DNA from: the human T2T-CHM13v2.0 reference genome, Homo sapiens
Assembly: GCF_009914755.1 (NCBI RefSeq)
Contig: NC_060939.1
Strand: one strand, 5' to 3'
Length of the DNA stretch: 64,000 bases
This document shows, one piece after another, positions 55,001 through 64,000 of the stretch (position 1 is its first letter; each line of letters begins with the position of its first letter). The notes beneath the pieces were generated by a model. The model did no database searches. It worked only from the letters and a program-made list of their open reading frames with translations, and was not told where the DNA came from. The position numbers were made by a program, and so were the translations under genes.

Positions 55001-58000
55001 TGTCCATTCCACTCCAGTCCATTCCATTCGTATCCATTCCATTCCAGTCCATTCCATTTGTGTCCACTGCATTCCATTCCACTCCATTCCATATTATTCC
55101 ATTACACTCCATTCCATTCTATTACTTTCATTTCCATTCAATTCCATTCCATTTGATTCCATTCCACTCGGTTTCATTCCATTTGAGTCCACTCCATTCC
55201 ATTCCATTCCATTCCATTCAGTTCCATTCCATTCTGTTCCATTCCATTCCGTTCCATTACATTCCATTCCATTCGGTACCATTCCATATTGTTCCATTCG
55301 ATTCCATTCGAATCCATTCCATTCCAGTCCATTCCATTCGATTCCATTCCATTCATTTCAATTCCATTCCATTCCATTCCATTCCATTCCACTTGATTCC
55401 TCTCCATTCCCTTCCACTGCATTCCGTTCGATTCCATTCCATTGCATTGCATTCCATTCCATTGGATTGCATTCCATTCGATTCCATTCCATTCGAATCA
55501 ATTACATAGCAATCCATTACATTCGAGTCTATTCTCTTCCGTTCCATTCGATTTCGTTCCAATCCATTCGATTCCATTCCATTCGATTCCATTCCATACT
55601 ATTGCATTCCATTCGATTACATTATATTCGAATAAGTTCCATTCAAGACCATTTCTTTTGAGTCCATTCTATTTGAGTCCATTCCCTTTGATTCCATAAC
55701 ATTTGAGTCCATTCAATTCCATTCCTTTCGTTTCCATTCCATTTGATGCCATTCCATTCAATTCTGTTCTACTCGACTCCAATACATTCAATTCCATTCC
55801 ATCCGATTCCATTACATTCTTTTCATTTCTTATCCATTTCAAGCCATTCCACTCCATTCCATTCCACTCGTTTCCTTTCCATTCGAGTCCATTCCTCTCC
55901 AGTCCATTCCGTTCAATCCATTCCATTCCAGTCCATTCCATTCGAGTCCGTTCCATTCCAGTCCATTCCATTCGAGTCAATTCCATCCCATTCGATGTCT
56001 TTCCATAACGATCCATTCCATTCTATTCCTTTCGATTCCATTCCATTCTATTTCATTCCATTCGATTCCCTTCCATTGGACTCCTTTCCATTCGAGTGCA
56101 TTCCATTCCGTTCCATTTCTTTCCGTTCTGTACGATTCCTACCGTTCGATTTCATTTTGTTCCAGTCCATTCTTTCGCGTCCATTCCATTCCATTTCACT
56201 CCATTCGATTCCATTCCACTCGATTCCACTTCGTTCCATTTCATTGCATTCCATTCTATTCAACTCTATTGCCTTCCATTCCATTCCATTCGATTACATT
56301 CCATGCGATTCCATTCGAAATCGAATCAATTACATTGCAATCCATTACTATTGAGTCCGTTTTATTCCAGTCCACTGCATTCTGGTCCATTCCATTTGAT
56401 TCCATTCCATTCTATTCCATTCCATACAGTTGCATTCCATTGGATTCCATGCTATATCTATAAATTCAATTCGAGACCATTGCTTTTGAGTCCATTCTAT
56501 ATGATTCCATTCCATTCAAGTCCATTACATTTGGTTAAATTCCATTCCATTCGGTTCAATTCCATTCCATTCCATTCCCTTCCATTCCATTCCAGTTGAT
56601 ATCAATCCATTCGATTCCATTCCATTCGAGCACATTCCATTCGAGTCCATTCCATTCGATGCCATTCCATTTGATTCTATTCCATTAGTCTCCATTCAAT
56701 TCCATTAATCTCCATTCCATTCCATTCTACTCCAACTGATTCCATTCCATTCTATTCCTTTCCATTCCATTTCATTCCATTCCATTCCATTCCATTCCAT
56801 TCCATTCGTGTCCATTCCACTCCAGTCCATTCCATTCGTATCCATTCCATTCCAGTCCATTCCATTTGTGTCCACTGCATTCCATTCCACTCCATTCCAT
56901 ATTATTCCATTACACTCCATTCCATTCTATTACTTTCATTTCCATTCAATTCCATTCCATTTGATTCCATTCCACTCGGTTTCATTCCATTTGAGTCCAC
57001 TCCATTCCATTCCATTCCATTCAGTTCCATTCGATTCTGTTCCATTCCATTCCGTTCCGTTACATTCCATTCCATTCGGTACCATTCCATATTGTTCCAT
57101 TCGATTCCATTCGAATCCATTCCATTCCAGTCCATTCCATTCGATTCCATTCCATTCATTTCAATTCCATTCCATTCCATTCCATTACATTCCACTTGAT
57201 TCCTCTCCATTCCCTTCCACTGCATTCCGTTCGATTCCATTCCATTGCATTGCATTCCATTCCATTGGATTGCATTCCATTCGATTCCATTCCATTCGAA
57301 TCAATTACATAGCAATCCATTACATTCGAGTCTATTCTCTTCCGTTCCATTCGATTTCGTTCCAATCCATTCGATTCCATTCCATTCGATTCCATTCCAT
57401 ACTATTGCATTCCATTCGATTACATTATATTCGAATAAGTTCCATTCAAGACCATTTCTTTTGAGTCCGTTCTATTTGAGTCCATTCCCTTTGATTCCAT
57501 AACATTTGAGTCCATTCAATTCCATTCCTTTCGTTTCCATTCCATTTGATGCCATTCCATTCAATTCTGTTCTACTCGACTCCAATACATTCAATTCCAT
57601 TCCATCCGATTCCATTACATTCTTTTCATTTCTTATCCATTTCAAGCCATTCCACTCCATTCCATTCCACTCGTTTCCTTTCCATTCGAGTCCATTCCTC
57701 TCCAGTCCATTCCGTTCAATCCATTCCATTCCAGTCCATTCCATTCGAGTCCGTTCCATTCCAGTCCATTCCATTCGAGTCAATTCCATCCCATTCGATG
57801 TCTTTCCATAACGATCCATTCCATTCTATTCCTTTCGATTCCATTCCATTCTATTTCATTCCATTCGATTCCCTTCCATTGGACTCCTTTCCATTCGAGT
57901 GCATTCCATTCCGTTCCATTTCTTTCCGTTCTGTACGATTCGTACCGTTCGATTTCATTTTGTTCCAGTCCATTCTTTCGCGTCCATTCCATTCCATTTC

Positions 58001-61000
58001 ACTCCATTCGATTCCATTCCACTCGATTCCACTTCGTTCCATTTCATTGCATTCCATTCTATTCAACTCTATTGCCTTCCATTCCATTCCATTCGATTAC
58101 ATTCCATGCGATTCCATTCGAAATCGAATCAATTACATTGCAATCCATTACTATTGAGTCCGTTTTATTCCAGTCCACTGCATTCTGGTCCATTCCATTT
58201 GATTCCATTCCATTCTATTCCATTCCATACAGTTGCATTCCATTGGATTCCATGCTATATCTATAAATTCAATTCGAGACCATTGCTTTTGAGTCCATTC
58301 TATATGATTCCATTCCATTCAAGTCCATTACATTTGGTTAAATTCCATTCCATTCGGTTCAATTCCATTCCATTCCATTCCCTTCCATTCCATTCCAGTT
58401 GATATCAATCCATTCGATTCCATTCCATTCGAGCACATTCCATTCGAGTCCATTCCATTCGATGCCATTCCATTTGATTCTATTCCATTAGTCTCCATTC
58501 AATTCCATTAATCTCCATTCCATTCCATTCTACTCCAACTGATTCCATTCCATTCTATTCCTTTCCATTCCATTTCATTCCATTCCATTCCATTCCATTC
58601 CATTCCATTCCATTCGTGTCCATTCCACTCCAGTCCATTCCATTCGTATCCATTCCATTCCAGTCCATTCCATTTGTGTCCACTGCATTCCATTCCACTC
58701 CATTCCATATTATTCCATTACACTCCATTCCATTCTATTACTTTCATTTCCATTCAATTCCATTCCATTTGATTCCATTCCACTCGGTTTCATTCCATTT
58801 GAGTCCACTCCATTCCATTCCATTCCATTCAGTTCCATTCGATTCTGTTCCATTCCATTCCGTTCCGTTACATTCCATTCCATTCGGTACCATTCCATAT
58901 TGTTCCATTCGATTCCATTCGAATCCATTCCATTCCAGTCCATTCCATTCGATTCCATTCCATTCATTTCAATTCCATTCCATTCCATTCCATTACATTC
59001 CACTTGATTCCTCTCCATTCCCTTCCACTGCATTCCGTTCGATTCCATTCCATTGCATTGCATTCCATTCCATTGGATTGCATTCCATTCGATTCCATTC
59101 CATTCGAATCAATTACATAGCAATCCATTACATTCGAGTCTATTCTCTTCCGTTCCATTCGATTTCGTTCCAATCCATTCGATTCCATTCCATTCGATTC
59201 CATTCCATACTATTGCATTCCATTCGATTACATTATATTCGAATAAGTTCCATTCAAGACCATTTCTTTTGAGTCCGTTCTATTTGAGTCCATTCCCTTT
59301 GATTCCATAACATTTGAGTCCATTCAATTCCATTCCTTTCGTTTCCATTCCATTTGATGCCATTCCATTCAATTCTGTTCTACTCGACTCCAATACATTC
59401 AATTCCATTCCATCCGATTCCATTACATTCTTTTCATTTCTTATCCATTTCAAGCCATTCCACTCCATTCCATTCCACTCGTTTCCTTTCCATTCGAGTC
59501 CATTCCTCTCCAGTCCATTCCGTTCAATCCATTCCATTCCAGTCCATTCCATTCGAGTCCGTTCCATTCCAGTCCATTCCATTCGAGTCAATTCCATTCC
59601 ATTCGATGTCTTTCCATAACGATCCATTCCATTCTATTCCTTTCGATTCCATTCCATTCTATTTCATTCCATTCGATTCCCTTCCATTGGACTCCTTTCC
59701 ATTCGAGTGCATTCCATTCCGTTCCATTTCTTTCCGTTCTGTACGATTCCTACCGTTCGATTTCATTTTGTTCCAGTCCATTCTTTCGCGTCCATTCCAT
59801 TCCATTTCACTCCATTCGATTCCATTCCACTCGATTCCACTTCGTTCCATTTCATTGCATTCCATTCTATTCAACTCTATTGCCTTCCATTCCATTCCAT
59901 TCGATTACATTCCATGCGATTCCATTCGAAATCGAATCAATTACATTGCAATCCATTACTATTGAGTCCGTTTTATTCCAGTCCACTGCATTCTGGTCCA
60001 TTCCATTTGATTCCATTCCATTCTATTCCATTCCATACAGTTGCATTCCATTGGATTCCATGCTATATCTATAAATTCAATTCGAGACCATTGCTTTTGA
60101 GTCCATTCTATATGATTCCATTCCATTCAAGTCCATTACATTTGGTTAAATTCCATTCCATTCGGTTCAATTCCATTCCATTCCATTCCCTTCCATTCCA
60201 TTCCAGTTGATATCAATCCATTCGATTCCATTCCATTCGAGCACATTCCATTCGAGTCCATTCCATTCGATGCCATTCCATTTGATTCTATTCCATTAGT
60301 CTCCATTCAATTCCATTAATCTCCATTCCATTCCATTCTACTCCAACTGATTCCATTCCATTCTATTCCTTTCCATTCCATTTCATTCCATTCCATTTCA
60401 TTCCATTCCATTCCATTCGTGTCCATTCCACTCCAGTCCATTCCATTCGTATCCATTCCATTCCAGTCCATTCCATTTGTGTCCACTGCATTCCATTCCA
60501 CTCCATTCCATATTATTCCATTACACTCCATTCCATTCTATTACTTTCATTTCCATTGAATTCCATTCCATTTGATTCCATTCCACTCGGTTTCATTCCA
60601 TTTGAGTCCACTCCATTCCATTCCATTCCATTCAGTTCCATTCCATTCTGTTCCATTCCATTCCGTTCCGTTACATTCCATTCCATTCGGTACCATTCCA
60701 TATTGTTCCATTCGATTCCATTCGAATCCATTCCATTCCAGTCCATTCCATTCGATTCCATTCCATTCATTTCAATTCCATTCCATTCCATTCCATTACA
60801 TTCCACTTGATTCCTCTCCATTCCCTTCCACTGCATTCCGTTCGATTCCATTCCATTGCATTGCATTCCATTCCATTGGATTGCATTCCATTCGATTCCA
60901 TTCCATTCGAATCAATTACATAGCAATCCATTACATTCGAGTCTATTCTCTTCCGTTCCATTCGATTTCGTTCCAATCCATTCGATTCCATTCCATTCGA

Positions 61001-62909
61001 TTCCATTCCATACTATTGCATTCCATTCGATTACATTGTATTCGAATAAGTTCCATTCAAGACCATTTCTTTTGAGTCCATTCTATTTGAGTCCATTCCC
61101 TTTGATTCCATAACATTTGAGTCCATTCAATTCCATTCCTTTCGTTTCCATTCCATTTGATGCCATTCCATTCAATTCTGTTCTACTCGACTCCAATACA
61201 TTCAATTCCATTCCATCCGATTCCATTACATTCTTTTCATTTCTTATCCATTTCAAGCCATTCCACTCCATTCCATTCCACTCGTTTCCTTTCCATTCGA
61301 GTCCATTCCTCTCCAGTCCATTCCGTTCAATCCATTCCATTCCAGTCCATTCCATTCGAGTCCGTTCCATTCCAGTCCATTCCATTCGAGTCAATTCCAT
61401 TCCATTCGATGTCTTTCCATAACGATCCATTCCATTCTATTCCTTTCGATTCCATTCCATTCTATTTCATTTCATTCGATTCCCTTCCATTGGACTCCTT
61501 TCCATTCGAGTGCATTCCATTCCGTTCCATTTCTTTCCGTTCTGTACGATTCCTACCGTTCGATTTCATTTTGTTCCAGTCCATTCTTTCGCGTCCATTC
61601 CATTCCATTTCACTCCATTCGATTCCATTCCACTCGATTCCACTTCGTTCCATTTCATTGCATTCCATTCTATTCAACTCTATTGCCTTCCATTCCATTC
61701 CATTCGATTACATTCCATGCGATTCCATTCGAAATCGAATCAATTACATTGCAATCCATTACTATTGAGTCCGTTTTATTCCAGTCCACTGCATTCTGGT
61801 CCATTCCATTTGATTCCATTCCATTCTATTCCATTCCATACAGTTGCATTCCATTGGATTCCATGCTATATCTATAAATTCAATTCGAGACCATTGCTTT
61901 TGAGTCCATTCTATATGATTCCATTCCATTCAAGTCCATTACATTTGGTTAAATTCCATTCCATTCGGTTCAATTCCATTCCATTCCATTCCCTTCCATT
62001 CCATTCCAGTTGATATCAATCCATTCGATTCCATTCCATTCGAGCACATTCCATTCGAGTCCATTCCATTCGATGCCATTCCATTTGATTCTATTCCATT
62101 AGTCTCCATTCAATTCCATTAATCTCCATTCCATTCCATTCTACTCCAACTGATTCCATTCCATTCTATTCCTTTTTATTCCATTTCATTCCATTCCATT
62201 CCATTCCATTCGTGTCCTTTCCACTCCAGTCCATTCCATTCGTATCCATTCCATTCCAGTCCATTCCATTTGTGTCCACTGCATTCCATTCCACTCCATT
62301 CCATATTATTCCATTACACTCCATTCCATTCTATTACTTTCATTTCCATTGAATTCCATTCCATTTGATTCCATTCCACTCGGTTTCATTCCATTTGAGT
62401 CCACTCCATTCCATTCCATTCCATTCAGTTCCATTCCATTCTGTTCCATTCCATTCCGTTCCATTACATTCCATTCCATTCGGTACCATTCCATATTGTT
62501 CCATTCGATTCCATTCGAATCCATTCCATTCCAGTCCATTCCATTCGATTCCATTCCATTCATTTCAATTCCATTCCATTCCATTCCATTACATTCCACT
62601 TGATTCCTCTCCATTCCCTTCCACTGCATTCCGTTCGATTCCATTCCATTGCATTGCATTCCATTCCATTGGATTGCATTCCATTCGATTCCATTCCATT
62701 CGAATCAATTACATAGCAATCCATTACATTCGAGTCTATTCTCTTCCGTTCCATTCGATTTCGTTCCAATCCATTCGATTCCATTCCATTCGATTCCATT
62801 CCATACTATTGCATTCCATTCGATTACATTATATTCGAATAAGTTCCATTCAAGACCATTTCTTTTGAGTCCATTCTATTTGAGTCCATTCCCTTTGATT
62901 CCATAACAT
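25037..62909 (+). repeat. Homogeneous run of 21 subtype B units (U14-U34; 1793-1808 bp)
   Basis: All carry tCtttcgcg and ggttaaattccattccattcggttcaatt (first copy ggttcaatt in U15). All lengths are 3 mod 5. Confidence 0.88.
41100..53140 (+). repeat. Three-unit (5414 bp) tandem duplication tract
   Basis: Private variants recur exactly 5414 bp apart: ccagCccatt (~43525/48939), gcatAccatt (~43795/49209), ccaaAtgatt (~44095/49509), attcGataca (~45590/51004), attcAgttca (~45720/51134). Boundaries are approximate. Confidence 0.88.
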
Positions 62910-64000
62910 TTGAGTCCATTCAATTCCATTCCTTTCGTTTCCATTCCATTTGATGCCATTCCATTCAATTCTGTTCTACTCGACTCCAATACATTCAATT
63001 CCATTCCATCCGATTCCATTACATTCTTTTCATTTCTTATCCATTTCAAGCCATTCCACTCCATTCCATTCCACTCGTTTCCTTTCCATTCGAGTCCATT
63101 CCTCTCCAGTCCATTCCGTTCAATCCATTCCATTCCAGTCCATTCCATTCGAGTCCGTTCCATTCCAGTCCATTCCATTCGAGTCAATTCCATTCCATTC
63201 GATGTCTTTCCATAACGATCCATTCCATTCTATTCCTTTCGATTCCATTCCATTCTATTTCATTCCATTCGATTCCCTTCCATTGGACTCCTTTCCATTC
63301 GAGTGCATTCCATTCCGTTCCATTTCTTTCCGTTCTGTACGATTCCTACCGTTCGATTTCATTTTGTTCCAGTCCATTCCTTTCGCGTCCATTCCATTCC
63401 ATTTCACTCCATTCGATTCCATTCCACTCGATTCCACTTCGTTCCATTTCATTGCATTCCATTCTATTCAACTCTATTGCCTTCCATTCCATTCCATTCG
63501 ATTACATTCCATGCGATTCCATTCGAAATCGAATCAATTACATTGCAAACCATTACTATTGAGTCCGTTTTATTCCAGTCCACTGCATTCTGGTCCATTC
63601 CATTTGATTCCATTCCATTCTATTCCATTCCATACAGTTGCATTCCATTGGATTCCATGCTATAACTATAAATTCAATTCGAGTCCATTGCTTTTGAGTC
63701 CATTCTATATGATTCCATTCCATTCAAGTCCATTACATTTGTTTCAATTCCATTCCATTCCATTCCCTTTCATTCCATTCCATTTGATATCAATCCATTC
63801 GATTCCATTCCATTCGAGCACATTCCATTCGAGTCCATTCCATTCGATGCCATTCCATTTGATTCTATTCCATTAGTCTCCATTCAATTCCATTAATCTC
63901 CATTCCATTCCATTCTACTCCAACTGATTCCATTACATTCTATTCCTTTCCATTCCATTTCATTCCATTCCATTCCATTCCATTCCATTCCATTCCATTC
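62910..64000 (+). repeat. Subtype A unit U35 (partial), more diverged
   Basis: 308 aa ORF at 62950 and no 20 bp duplication. Private variants include gcaaAcc, tataActata, gagTccattgc and tgTttcaat. Confidence 0.85.

Larger units (their letters stand above)
1707..62909 (+). repeat. 34 complete ~1.8 kb tandem units, D15Z1-like (chr15p 1.8 kb KpnI HSat3 family)
   Basis: The landmark ORF recurs at 1707, 3530, 5309, 7063, 8866, 10669 ... 61117, 62910, with spacings of 1754-1823 bp (mode 1803). There is one GGTACC per unit. A 1.8 kb KpnI periodicity in satellite III is the established hallmark of D15Z1. The periodicity is certain, but the locus assignment is inferred. Confidence 0.8.
1..64000 (+). 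repeat. Satellite III (HSat3) array of diverged (CATTC)n / (GGAAT)n pentamers, single orientation
   Basis: CCATT pentamers with variants (CGATT, CCAGT, CGAGT, CAATT, GCATT) run continuously from base 1 to 64000. The + strand is pyrimidine-rich throughout and there is no switch to GGAAT. The ATGATG-type interruptions typical of HSat2 are absent. Confidence 0.97.

Noticed and set aside
215-63876. All listed ORFs (up to 308 aa, FHSIP-rich on +, MEWNG-rich on -)
   Set aside because: (CATTC)n has no stop codon in any frame and translates to FHSIP/MEWNG repeats. ORFs overlap in all frames, recur with each unit and are freely frameshifted by 5-bp and 1-bp indels. They show no domain-like content.
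1-64000. HSat2 (chr1 1.77 kb unit) or DYZ1 (Yq ~3.6 kb unit) as the identity of the array
   Set aside because: The sequence lacks the ATGATG-type phase-breaking motifs of HSat2 and has no regular EcoRI site per unit. The base period is 1.8 kb, and the 3606 bp period is only a local duplication.
1-64000. CRISPR-like or repeat-spacer array, telomeric repeat, or mobile element
   Set aside because: There are no unique spacers, cas or RT/transposase ORFs, TTAGGG tracts, Alu/L1 fragments, poly(A) tails or terminal repeats.
1-64000. Strand inversion or array boundary
   Set aside because: CATTC stays on the + strand throughout and the unit landmarks recur without any gap large enough for an insertion.

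Overview
The whole 64 kb window is one uninterrupted block of (CATTC/GGAAT)n classical satellite DNA, i.e. human/hominid satellite III (HSat3), with CATTC always on the + strand. I found no inversion, transposon insertion or unique sequence. The diverged pentamers form a ~1.8 kb tandem unit (34 complete units of 1754-1823 bp plus two partial ones). Each unit carries one KpnI site (GGTACC), except one unit that has lost it. This matches the known D15Z1-type 1.8 kb KpnI HSat3 array of chromosome 15p, an assignment inferred without alignment. There are no credible genes: every listed ORF is a translation artefact of the pentamer (FHSIP/MEWNG). I did not find a new gene-encoded system. The interesting signal is the array's internal history. 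There are two unit subtypes: A is 1784 bp at base, and B is 1803 bp (A plus a 20 bp duplication minus 1 bp), with intermediate units present. The unit itself has an ancient ~955 bp internal dimer structure. Nested tandem duplications of 10, 3, 2 and 1 units, conversion-like patches, a mutation cluster and one slippage hotspot are also visible. All comparisons were made by eye and from ORF-track coordinates. Units U0-U35 are numbered from the 'MSPFNSIPF' ORF landmark (U1=1707, U35=62910).
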